A stretch of DNA of 64,000 bases from a virus. The stretch lies in the IMG/VR virus record IMGVR_UViG_3300042908_001001, positions 12,534-76,533 of that record; one strand, 5' to 3'. The notes beneath the pieces are model-generated. The model was not told the DNA's origin, ran no database searches, and saw only the letters and a list, made by a program, of their open reading frames with translations. Of this stretch, positions 56,401 through 64,000 are shown one piece after another; within the stretch, counting starts at the first letter, position 1; each line of letters opens with the position of its first letter. The translations under genes and the position numbers were made by a program.

Positions 56401-59400
56401 AGGGATTGATTAAAAAGAAACTTACCCAAGCCGACGCGGGGGATTTGTCCAAGGCTGAAGCGTTGATCGCGGCTGACAATACCTTAAAACAATCGGTATC
56501 CGAGCAAGGCTTAACCGCCCTAAGAATTTTGGTTGACAATAAAGCCGCTATTGATAATGCAAAAAAAGCCATTGAACAATCGGGTGTGGCATTACGTCAA
56601 AGCAATAGCGATATGGCTGGTCAACAGAGAGATTTTGCCCGTTCCCTAGTCGATTTCAATTTAGACATGAAACGTCAAGCAATCGACTATACCCAACAGA
56701 TTGAAAGTCATCGTCGGGAAGTGGAAGACGCTGGCATACAGGCAAGTCGTGAAAATCGTGATTTAGCTGAATCGTTCTCTGATTTGATGAATGACTTTGG
56801 AACTCAGTTAAAATCGGCACAAAACGAGTTTATTGACATTCAGGACAAGATTAAAAATACCCAGTTAAAACGGGAACTATTAGAGATTAGCCCAGGAATT
56901 GATTCTTATGGAAAACAAATTGCTACGATCTTTGCCAATCTGAGAGAAGCCCTATCAGGCAACGAGTCTGAAGCCCGTTCCCTTGAGATGAAACAAGAGC
57001 AGATCGGACGGGACTATGTAAACACCCTGAGAAATATTACCCGTCAGCAAGAAAGACAATACGATGCTGAGAGAATGCGGACACGGGCGATCGCTGACTT
57101 GGCAATTAAGACGGTTCAACTAGCTATGAACCTTCAAAAGCTCATCATAGATGCGACTAATCGGGCTGACGATATAAACCGTGAAAATGAACGGAATAAC
57201 AAAGGGATGCCTTGGTATCAAGAAAAACCCGCACAAGCTCCAAACTTCCCAAAAGCCAACCTTTCTCAACAGCAAGCCCCTGTTTTAAATCCGATTGTTT
57301 ATCAGGGACAAAATAGTATTGTCCCGACTCAATCTATTCCCAAGGCTCCTAACCGTCCCCTGACCGTTGAGCAAGACATGATGCAACAGTTAGGGATGAG
57401 TCGGTCATCTATCCCAACTCCACAGGCTAAAATTGCTCCTGTCTCAATGCCTGTTACTCTCAGTCTCAATGCAACGGCTGAAGAAAAAGACCTATTCAAA
57501 CGGTTAATCTTAGCCGAGTCCAAGGGTGAAGGCTTGGCAGGAATGGCGGGGGTAGCCCGTTCCGTTCTTAACCGTCAAACCATGATCAATCAGCATGGTT
57601 TGACGCCTAGCAATTATTTTGCTAAATCGGGTAGTTTGCGAGATATTATGACGGCTCGCTCTCCTAAGACTGGGAAAGCTCAATTTAGCCCCTTTGATGA
57701 CGGGTCTATCAATAAGCCATTCACACAACAACAACTCGCAGAAGCTGAACGGGCGATCGCGATTGCTCTAAATACTCCTGAGTTTAAAGCTTTGATGCGC
57801 TCTCAGGGATTGAATGAATCTCAGGTCGGACGGATGACGAACGCCACAGGATTCAGAAATCGGAGTATTGCCACTGATGATCCTAGCCAAAACCATAATA
57901 CGGTTAAATTTAGAAACCACACTTTTAATGGTGATCAATTTAGCAAGAATAAGTTGAGAGCTAATGTCGATACTGGTTCACCTTTATCGCTTAATTTTGG
58001 AATGTCTAAAGAGTTTGAAAACATTGCAGACTTAAACGGTATGGCAATCCCTAAAGAGCCTCAATTAGTGGCTGGCAATTGGTTTACCGATGGAATTAAA
58101 GCTGGTATTAACTTTCTTCAATCTGGTCGTAAAAACTGGAAACTTGAAAACTGGATAAAAGAATATAAATCTAGAAGACCTAAAAATGCTTCATTCACTC
58201 TTGGAATGCTAAGAGATTGGTTAAAAATTGAATCTAAAAAAACTGGAAATGTAAATATTAAAGTTTTGCAAGAGATAAACAAATTAATAACAGATCAACA
58301 AAGTCTTGATAAAGAATTTAATGAAGTTTATCGTGCAGAATTAGAACGTGAAAACAAAACAAAAACTAATTCCAACGTCAAGCCATTACCCCCAGTTCGT
58401 GTCGATAGTTTCCGCGCTAACAAGCAACCTCAAGTCACGAAAAAACCAGTAGCCACAAAACCCGTTACGATGCCTAAAGTTGAGGAGCATCGACTACAAA
58501 ATGCACAACTGCAAAGAAATAATCAATTAGTCCCGTCATCATTGTTTAGTGGTGAGATGGTGTCATTTCGTAAACGAAAAATTGAAGACTTATTACGGTT
58601 AGTTGCCCATATTGAAGGGGAAAGCGAATCGTTAATTACTAAAGGCGTTGTCGATGCTTTAAACGCTGGCAAATTAGGTAAGTCAGTCAAGTTTGAATGG
58701 GTGAATTTAACACAGCAACAAGTCGAAAACTATATTAAGTCATCGGATGCAAATCGTGATGCTACTATTAAACAAATCTTAAGTAAACCTAAGCCAAAAA
58801 CACCACGATTAACCCCTGTTATTAACGAAGTTCTCAAAGCAGAACAGCAACAAAATAAAACACAATCTAAGCCACAACCTAAAGCAACCGTATCGGATCC
58901 CAAGCAACCCGTACAAGGTCAATCTGTAAACGTACAAACTCAACCTGTTTACGATCCTATCAACGTATCAGAACAGCTTAATTACGGGATGAATACCACT
59001 TATCCCCAAGTGCCAAACTTTGGATATGGCAATGCTTTTGATTTGAATGAACAGTTAGACGCTCAAAAACGAATTAATGTTGAGGCAGAAAAAGAGTTAA
59101 ATATTGGGCAAAGAAAATTAATCGTAGCTCAACAAATCGAAGAAATGGCACGGATGCAATACACTTTAATTGATGCTAATAAATCCAATGAAAGGTTTGT
59201 TAATAATGCTATTTACTCAGCAAGGGATATGTTAGCTAATGCTAAGGGTTATTTAACCGTACAAGAGCAAATAGCTAAGTCGGTTGCTGATGTCAACGGT
59301 CAATATCGCCAACAATTAGAATCTTTGGAGGATCAAAGAACTACGTTAGAAAGAATAAAAACAGGTTGGGAAAAAGAGCTTCTTAATGCCGAAAAATCCT

Positions 59401-60905
59401 TGAATGATCGTGACAAAATATTGACGGAAGAGCAAGTCAAAAATATTAACGGATATATCAAAGAACTCCGAAACAATCTAAGTAAAATTGGAGATGTTGG
59501 AATTACTGGGACACAGTTAGATGATATTGATCGAATCAAAAAAGCCCTTGAAGCCACTAATCAATTTGCGGCTACGTCTACCCAAATCCTAGAAACCGAA
59601 AACAAACGAATTGAAGCCCTAACTAAAATAGCTGATTTAGAGGCCAATATTGCAACGGCTCGGTATAATCAGGGCGGTACTTTAATCAACGAAGCGTCTA
59701 TCATTAAAGCCAGAATAGACGGGATTAAGATGGTCAGGGATGCCGAAAGAGCCTACAAAGAAGATAATAGTTTAGGGGCTGATTATGTCACCAAGACTAA
59801 GGAATTAGCTGACATTAATTTATCCCAGTCCTACGTTGACGCTATCCCATTCTTAAAAGAGTTTTCTGCTAACCTTAAAGATGTGATTTTACAAACTACT
59901 AATTGGAGAGATGCACTTAAAAAGACCTTGGATTTAGTCGCTGGTACTGTACTCGATCAAATGGTGATTAAACCATTCCAAAATACTATCGCTGGCTTTG
60001 CTCAAAACTTGGGACTGATTGGAGGTGAAACCAAACAATCTAATGCTCCTAAAATTGCGACTAATTTAATTCAGAATAACGTCGTCCCAACTAACGGTTT
60101 TAATACTGATACGATTGCACAAACTCAGCTTACTACTGACAGTTTAAAATCATTTACTGAGAATTTAAACGCAGTCCCAACGGCTACCGATTCACTCGTT
60201 AAAACCTTTACTGATGGAAGTATTACTCAGGAGATTGCAATCGCTTCCTTTACTCAGGGGCTATTACAGGCAACTATGGCTTTACAAAGCTTTAGTCTAG
60301 CGGCGGGGGGATCGTCAGTATCTAGCACGGCGAAAAGAGGGGGAGGTTTTCTTGGTAGCCTAATTGGAGGTGTTGGCAATCTAATTGGTAGTTCGTTTGG
60401 ACTGGGTGGTACTGGAGCGTTTAGCGGGTTCTCGGCGGCTAACGCGGCGGCCGGTTTGGCTAGTTCAAATATTTCTGGAGCTTTTGGCAATTTTGTTAAA
60501 CTTCCTAATTTTGCTTATGGGACGGACGGTATCGACTCGGCTCTAACCAAAGAACGGGCTATGTCAGGGAAAAAACCCTACCTAGCGGCGTTACACGAGG
60601 GTGAAGCTGTACTTAGTACCCTAAATGGAGATAGTGCCTTATATCGCAATCTAAAGCGGTCTGGGCAATGGGATGAGCTAAAGACAGGCGATCAGATTCC
60701 CAATTTTGCACGGGGGACTGATAGCGCGGTTAATTCTGGCAACCGTAGCCAGTCGAATAACGGCGGTCGCAACGGCGGCGGGGGAACCTACACGGTAAAT
60801 GTCAACCAAACTATTGTGAGTCCCAATGCTGACTCGTTCAATAAAGGGAAACGTCAACGCAATCAAGACTTAATTGTTCAACTCAATAAATCATTAGGAG
60901 GATAG
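50439..60905 (+). CDS. Tape measure protein with lipase-like and SleB-like domains
   Basis: Tape-measure core ALKQTASKGRVSLEEVSGQLGESVPGA, long coiled coils, GHSAGG and GHCGGG elbows, ILAESKGEG...VARSVLNR...QFSP, C-terminal FAxG/LHEGE.VL. Confidence 0.92.
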   Translation: MAIALEELILQFSIDSDGLEKGLDSVSARARAKAKEIEGMAIAPKVDLKGLHDLNKLLDIKQRHIKETADFAKRTPIVMGVDVSQVKEARKELQGLKADLGMSGGNQTIRVKVEHDYKVDIRESNRDIVSAINGLRNEFKEVAKSSKKTDTPKQQKDPSSDLAKEIKQGFNQMKSGNIFEGIGKIALSPAKAIFTGFYEGIGLTASSKLTKGAIKSIESEWNFTLDALGKGTGKAFGSIGKNAADLLLHSMGTSTEQINGMFEDLSQGFNDIFDEKEARTRIQNIGDTINKTLTNAFKNGTFISDDIAELKSAINAYKGLRRENIDKRRKQSVDETARQATEQSGMYDAPDLSGKEKAVLYAGGFAGKNSKTHEQNAVMLGKIYGETAQVFQSGNDATNTDTSSKDNPVKWMVEAARKITKLNLSGEVNPDVVKMVAQALAIREKNPHITIDLVGHSAGGFIAKDAAAILERLGVENVRGVGIGTPDGVMGSIGQGNYQGILGKDDTVKKIVDNAAVLGLTNPSNEASQNMSGIASHSMIDYLSNLDVQSLLTGQSGITKDELLKGLGDDVTGAVATDIKKNIHGVLKEVGEGTVLIASAVIKESVKQIQNLVPVAKEVGEGALSVGQGMGIGTKKVGVIALSERRKGIASNESVRRAMAMSENEEAIPSDKPIVFAAGGVIGMHGIGGKFVKKDIEKTIGKDAATIVDFATPNTDFIAKEKGDRVNSKKFNEALNSPIGKWIASTTNELKTRYRKEVESILGKAITAELYSYTAKDIFRLKLPTSVYLTGSNEDSVKLAAKVIAIKKENEDALITLIGHCGGGTMVEEALAIVESAGYGKNVTAMGIGSPDLGVSAGAEKYKRFVGNEDEAAIRLGRIFKQEQSNIQSQGMIAYLATHESLEYLRHPEIIKALPDPLKKASVGKNVSFQKDLMSKYIENIQKDPDKFHSSKQSFNMIEEDLKYARQFLDEFKNEIDDDFRSAINQIHDHVQELIKKHPLSQESMMSDPIYQIMAVNQAIHQGALKQQEILLPSVQTIPLRQNISDVNTKAIDITAIEIKEDIAAIETVQEQIAKINKTINEETKKLLTGGTPTNPDFNVKELSKLGTSLLIPKEDGVGFYGATDLRKMKREGMIDFISQNIQPDALKEIIANRGKPLRKFDNADIAKYKEALDTRLREMIKNAQSFEDIENIQSTALTLISSIQQTKVLANVNPNQIRQLSGYESQFKKLTNLEGIKFEAKGMGVELPETISKHWDKTIDHISGKMEDLEEKSAEVGYDVQHELAEGSPGLTQRIRDYWDKTVKHIQGKIGELNNSDTSNLEPKSGLFENLRTQFPIVDQGIEKLRTLKSTIVTLGAAGLGIIGLVLIGKQLSNIAIESVKVYRNFESIFIASKMIKNGDQFLGDVRKQVKALGGDLESTMRQGQQFVTGLQGTNLERNASSMFLDSSKALKSLGLQNQQYDAAILALKQTASKGRVSLEEVSGQLGESVPGALNIAAQAMQTNVQGFIQMVESGNLLSEEFLPKFIAKLKSQTAFLEPEIKKSLNASLGRLGASQTELQVGIGAAISPAIIPTIDLISKGLNLINDNMDKAVITAQILAVALAMPAANQGILLIGKAWQFVTANMIVAKTAADAVNQSLMIGKTLLTGGAYIGAAMAITSVIQGAMYLMEGGSKNIKDLNDVIDSSSNAMADNYARAYGFAEKLEDKARGTGNFLLDGIDGLIKGMNEFNQKFTPFLPNLKTYADRRKEQDNDNLDMAVVKIESNSFYSQNLGNSEKVRQYLINSKKSEDVRKTLVGQISVARMTDPVGNEKLINSLQDQLYGLNGLVQKKEELDNRFVTGGASGIEQSIKNIESAIQEAKDLGRGDLLPRLNQELITQKSNLEKIKDINQQVTSGLNDQRLAYIELNAQIARGEQLLQSRIVRRETAILARQARGEIGSNVASNELAKADFASQNETLNRLINSQKSTLNYLRTRLDVGTTTTIEGLIKKKLTQADAGDLSKAEALIAADNTLKQSVSEQGLTALRILVDNKAAIDNAKKAIEQSGVALRQSNSDMAGQQRDFARSLVDFNLDMKRQAIDYTQQIESHRREVEDAGIQASRENRDLAESFSDLMNDFGTQLKSAQNEFIDIQDKIKNTQLKRELLEISPGIDSYGKQIATIFANLREALSGNESEARSLEMKQEQIGRDYVNTLRNITRQQERQYDAERMRTRAIADLAIKTVQLAMNLQKLIIDATNRADDINRENERNNKGMPWYQEKPAQAPNFPKANLSQQQAPVLNPIVYQGQNSIVPTQSIPKAPNRPLTVEQDMMQQLGMSRSSIPTPQAKIAPVSMPVTLSLNATAEEKDLFKRLILAESKGEGLAGMAGVARSVLNRQTMINQHGLTPSNYFAKSGSLRDIMTARSPKTGKAQFSPFDDGSINKPFTQQQLAEAERAIAIALNTPEFKALMRSQGLNESQVGRMTNATGFRNRSIATDDPSQNHNTVKFRNHTFNGDQFSKNKLRANVDTGSPLSLNFGMSKEFENIADLNGMAIPKEPQLVAGNWFTDGIKAGINFLQSGRKNWKLENWIKEYKSRRPKNASFTLGMLRDWLKIESKKTGNVNIKVLQEINKLITDQQSLDKEFNEVYRAELERENKTKTNSNVKPLPPVRVDSFRANKQPQVTKKPVATKPVTMPKVEEHRLQNAQLQRNNQLVPSSLFSGEMVSFRKRKIEDLLRLVAHIEGESESLITKGVVDALNAGKLGKSVKFEWVNLTQQQVENYIKSSDANRDATIKQILSKPKPKTPRLTPVINEVLKAEQQQNKTQSKPQPKATVSDPKQPVQGQSVNVQTQPVYDPINVSEQLNYGMNTTYPQVPNFGYGNAFDLNEQLDAQKRINVEAEKELNIGQRKLIVAQQIEEMARMQYTLIDANKSNERFVNNAIYSARDMLANAKGYLTVQEQIAKSVADVNGQYRQQLESLEDQRTTLERIKTGWEKELLNAEKSLNDRDKILTEEQVKNINGYIKELRNNLSKIGDVGITGTQLDDIDRIKKALEATNQFAATSTQILETENKRIEALTKIADLEANIATARYNQGGTLINEASIIKARIDGIKMVRDAERAYKEDNSLGADYVTKTKELADINLSQSYVDAIPFLKEFSANLKDVILQTTNWRDALKKTLDLVAGTVLDQMVIKPFQNTIAGFAQNLGLIGGETKQSNAPKIATNLIQNNVVPTNGFNTDTIAQTQLTTDSLKSFTENLNAVPTATDSLVKTFTDGSITQEIAIASFTQGLLQATMALQSFSLAAGGSSVSSTAKRGGGFLGSLIGGVGNLIGSSFGLGGTGAFSGFSAANAAAGLASSNISGAFGNFVKLPNFAYGTDGIDSALTKERAMSGKKPYLAALHEGEAVLSTLNGDSALYRNLKRSGQWDELKTGDQIPNFARGTDSAVNSGNRSQSNNGGRNGGGGTYTVNVNQTIVSPNADSFNKGKRQRNQDLIVQLNKSLGG

Positions 60906-60906
60906 T

Positions 60907-61305
60907 ATGAGTGAGAAAATCTTATCAGTGGCCCGATCATGGCTTAATACCCCTTGGGTTCACCACCAACGGGCTAAGGGGTTAGGGGTGGATTGTGTGG
61001 GATTTATTAATGGGGTTTTTGATGAACTAGGACTCCAATTACCCTCGATTGATAACTATCGGAGAAGTCCCGAAAAAGATGAGTTACTGCTATTTGTTAA
61101 AAGCTTGCCTTTTCTAAGAGAGAAAGAATCAATAGAAGCGGGTAACATTCTAGTATTTAAAGTCGATCTAATCCCTCATCATGTAGGGTTTAGCAATGGC
61201 ACTGGCTTAATTCATGCTGATTTTGTGGTAGGTAAAGTCGTTGAAGTTTCAAGCCTTGGTACGATGGGGAATAATCTTTGTGGAATATTTGAGATTATTC
61301 TTTAA
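60907..61305 (+). CDS. NlpC/P60 tail peptidase (GTA-like)
   Basis: ARSWLNTPWVHH...GVDCVGF...HVG...IHA. Confidence 0.88.
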   Translation: MSEKILSVARSWLNTPWVHHQRAKGLGVDCVGFINGVFDELGLQLPSIDNYRRSPEKDELLLFVKSLPFLREKESIEAGNILVFKVDLIPHHVGFSNGTGLIHADFVVGKVVEVSSLGTMGNNLCGIFEIIL

Positions 61306-61409
61306 TTTGTTTGAAGGTGATTAAAACATAAAAAGTGCTATAATATAAAAATACCCCACGACTCCGAAAAAGTCTGGGGGATGATTACCACTAAGTAAGT
61401 AGAGGCAAC

Positions 61410-62201
61410 ATGAGTATTGTAACGTATGAACGGTTCGACAAAGACGGTATTGAATTAATTATTGATACCGCAACGGGTGATGTTTTCTATCCTGGGTACA
61501 AAGCCCTTGCCCGTGTAGCTTCATTGGGATTAGCAAATCCTATACAAGCTGTTCAAGCAAAAAGAACGGTAGAATCAGTATTAGAAGGGGTTACAGATTT
61601 AGGCATAAAAGAGGCTGAAGTCCTTACACAGGGCGGGTTACAAGGGGTTACACTTATCCCTCGCCAGTTAGGAACTAAGGTTATAAAACGGTATAATGAA
61701 AAGTTATATGAGCAAATGGCTGAAGCGGGTCATGTGGTGTTCTTACACAAACTAGCGGGCTATCGGGTAACGACTACCGCGATCGCCCATGAACTACCTC
61801 AAAACTACCTAGAAGCTCTTAAATGCTTAGTCGCATCAGAAGAGCAAAAAGCCTTACTCACAGCCAAGATTGAAAAAGATGCACCGCTAGTTGATTATGC
61901 TGAGCAAGTCCAATGCTCCGAGTCGGACGTTGACTTTAATGCCTTTGCAAAAATGATGGGTACGGGTCGCACTCGCTTATTTCGGGTATTGCGAGAAATG
62001 GAAGTAATTATGCAAAACTCTACGCTTCCCTACCAGAAGTTTTTTGATGCCGATTACTTTGAATGTTGCCAAGAGATTACAGGTGATGGAAAGTTGCGAC
62101 CATACGCTGTGATTACTGGAAAGGGTCAAATTTGGTTAAAGCAAAAGCTAAATCACTTCTGGCAAGAAAAAGAATCTAGTCAAATCAGTTTATTTAATTA
62201 A
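61410..62201 (+). CDS. Phage antirepressor (KilAC/ANT C-terminal domain)
   Basis: LPQNYLEAL, P.VDY, G..RLF..LR, PYQ.F....YF, ITGKGQ.WL. Confidence 0.85.
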   Translation: MSIVTYERFDKDGIELIIDTATGDVFYPGYKALARVASLGLANPIQAVQAKRTVESVLEGVTDLGIKEAEVLTQGGLQGVTLIPRQLGTKVIKRYNEKLYEQMAEAGHVVFLHKLAGYRVTTTAIAHELPQNYLEALKCLVASEEQKALLTAKIEKDAPLVDYAEQVQCSESDVDFNAFAKMMGTGRTRLFRVLREMEVIMQNSTLPYQKFFDADYFECCQEITGDGKLRPYAVITGKGQIWLKQKLNHFWQEKESSQISLFN

Positions 62202-62219
62202 TCCAAGGGAGAACAACAA

Positions 62220-62489
62220 ATGACTTTATTGAGTTTCTGTTCTGCTTATCTAAAAAGCAAAGGGTGTGATTTTGTGGATATGGGAAATCATGAAATCCCT
62301 ACTAAAAACAAGTATATCAACGTATCTTGCCTTTATTACTCAGACAATGAATACGATCAAAATATCGTATTGCTATCCACTGCGATAGACGATGGATTTG
62401 TTTACAGTGACAATGTCATGGTCAGGACTCAAAATGATGCGGTCTTAGTTATGGATACGATGCTATCAGTTCTTTCAAACCCTAGTTAA
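62220..62489 (+). CDS. Hypothetical protein (paralog of 28096..28500)
   Basis: Shared F...L..KGC.F.D.G motif. Confidence 0.55.
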   Translation: MTLLSFCSAYLKSKGCDFVDMGNHEIPTKNKYINVSCLYYSDNEYDQNIVLLSTAIDDGFVYSDNVMVRTQNDAVLVMDTMLSVLSNPS

Positions 62490-62517
62490 CAGTTAATTAA
62501 TATTGAAATCAAAACTA

Positions 62518-62553
62518 AACCCCGTCGAACTAACTCAATAGTTCGACGGGGTT
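62518..62553. terminator. Terminator hairpin between convergent genes
   Basis: 15-bp perfect stem AACCCCGTCGAACTA/TAGTTCGACGGGGTT. Confidence 0.75.
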
Positions 62554-62571
62554 ATTTGATTATAGGTTATT

Positions 62572-62907
62572 TTATTTTCCTGATAGTTTTTCGATTTCAT
62601 GAAAACAAGGTGAAATTGCACTCATGACTCCCGTTTCATAGGCTTGCACAACGGGATCATCGTCTCCTCTTGTTTCCTTAATAGACTGAATTAATTGCGT
62701 CCGATTATAGTAATAGTCGATTTGATTAATCACATAATAAGCATCGGTTAAGTTTCGCGGTTGTCCTACCTTTAGGATTACACACAGCAACTCAGTTTGC
62801 CTTTGTCCAAACAAATAAGCATCTGTAATGTCGTTTGCCCTAGCAGGTAACGCGATCGCACTCATCGCACTCAACACCAAGGGAACCAACAACAAAGATT
62901 TTTTCAT
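62572..62907 (-). CDS. Secreted/periplasmic protein
   Basis: Signal peptide MKKSLLLVPLVLSAMSAIALPARA. Confidence 0.65.
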   Translation of the reverse strand: MKKSLLLVPLVLSAMSAIALPARANDITDAYLFGQRQTELLCVILKVGQPRNLTDAYYVINQIDYYYNRTQLIQSIKETRGDDDPVVQAYETGVMSAISPCFHEIEKLSGK

Positions 62908-62926
62908 TTTGTTTTAATGATAGATT

Positions 62927-63112
62927 TTATTCTATTTTAGTGCGATCGCTCTTTACTTGGCAATCAGTGTTTTCCCTTACCGCCCTATCTAGCAGAATTT
63001 CAATCAAATTACTTAGGCTACGCTTTTGGGACTTAGCCAGTTCTTCCGCCGCTTCCTTTAGCTCAATAGGGACGTAAGCCGCGACCCGTGCCTTATCTGT
63101 ACTCACTGTCAT
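62927..63112 (-). CDS. Ribbon-helix-helix (Arc/CopG-like) repressor
   Basis: RVAAYVPIELK....ELA..QKRSLSNLIE.LL..A; AAGG RBS. Confidence 0.8.
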   Translation of the reverse strand: MTVSTDKARVAAYVPIELKEAAEELAKSQKRSLSNLIEILLDRAVRENTDCQVKSDRTKIE

Positions 63113-63303
63113 ACCTTTAAAACTCCTTGGAATAACTTAACACAATATAGTAACACTATAACACCTAACGTCACCCTAACAACATAGTTGACAAAAGTAA
63201 CGCCACTATGTTTTAATAAAAGAATAGAGAAACGAGAACGAACCCGCTCCAAGTCCAAAGTTAACCAAAAAGGTCAAATGTCCAACCTATTCAGTAAAAA
63301 GCA

Positions 63304-63888
63304 ATGATTTTATCTGACTTACCAGAGGATATTAAGAAAGAGTTCACAATCAACGAACTCGGTCAAGGTTTTGTTTCCCGTCGAGGGACTGCTCGGATGT
63401 GTGGAGTAACCGAGGGTGCTATCCGAAAACTACTCAACATTTTAAAAGATGGTGCGTACCAAAACACTCCCAAAAGCCTTCAATCCTTTATAGGGACTAG
63501 CTTTGAGGGTGCGTACCAACTCCCCGATTTATTGGTAGCGGCGATCATCAAATCTTACGCATACAAAGGAAAAGAAATCGCTCAGGATATTGATTCAGTA
63601 TTGGGAGCCATCGGATTACGGGTTTATATTCAAACCTCACTCGGATGGTCACAACCCGAAAAACAAGTCGAATCATCCACAACCACTAAATGGATGGTAG
63701 AGCGTTACCTTGAGCTAGGGGAACTCGCTTCCGACCTTCTAGACGAAAACGAAGCTCTCAAGGCTGGTAACGCGAACCTAAGCGCGATTACTCCCTATCT
63801 AGACATGGTGAATCGGTCAGTCAATACCACTCATTCCCTGATACTCCAAACCAAGGCGATCGCCGAAAATATTAAAGCCTATGCCTAA
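63304..63888 (+). CDS. Antirepressor-like DNA-binding protein
   Basis: GQGFVSRRGTARMCGV.E.AIR HTH; divergent from the RHH gene; TTGACA promoter near 63189. Confidence 0.6.
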   Translation: MILSDLPEDIKKEFTINELGQGFVSRRGTARMCGVTEGAIRKLLNILKDGAYQNTPKSLQSFIGTSFEGAYQLPDLLVAAIIKSYAYKGKEIAQDIDSVLGAIGLRVYIQTSLGWSQPEKQVESSTTTKWMVERYLELGELASDLLDENEALKAGNANLSAITPYLDMVNRSVNTTHSLILQTKAIAENIKAYA

Positions 63889-64000
63889 ACCGCTTTGCTT
63901 TTTGAATCCTAAAAATCAAATAGCGATCGCCCATCTACCAAGAAAACTGCGATCGCTACTATTAAACCAAAAGAGAGGTCTAAAACCATGATATGTCAAA

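Noticed and set aside
50390-60866. Many short ORFs overlapping or within the tape measure gene
   Set aside because: Antisense or out-of-frame shadows.
1-64000. Introns, inteins, DGR/retron, rRNA, photosynthesis genes
   Set aside because: No reverse transcriptase, intein motifs, split conserved genes, or psb/hli-like ORFs were recognised.

Overview
This window is most of the genome of a temperate, long-tailed (siphovirus-like) dsDNA phage of a HIP1-using cyanobacterium: GCGATCGC is strongly enriched, and dnaN and nrdB look cyanobacterial. It appears to be the non-integrated form, because a 54-bp attP-like inverted repeat is intact beside a large serine recombinase. Virion genes (terminase, DUF1073 portal, DUF2213/DUF2184 head module, tail tube, frameshifting tail chaperone, 3488-aa tape measure, BR0599-like hub, NlpC/P60, fibre) are not in one late operon. 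They are scattered over about 54 kb on both strands among replication, nucleotide-metabolism and DNA-modification genes. Most isolated virion-gene units carry a GTTAWTATT motif about 18-50 bp upstream, a candidate late promoter for the phage-encoded sigma factor. Other highlights: (i) repeat-bounded promoter-RBS-ORF-terminator cassettes inserted between tail genes; (ii) a ~490-nt promoter-driven structured RNA ending in two tRNA-like domains with non-canonical anticodon loops; (iii) a Dam-family methyltransferase with a duplicated, divergent target-recognition segment; (iv) a tape measure protein with two lipase-like domains (Ser and Cys nucleophile) and a SleB-like domain; (v) Fur-box and OxyR/LysR-like sites at a compositional switch near 42.2 kb. 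All family calls come from motif recognition by eye; no database search was run.
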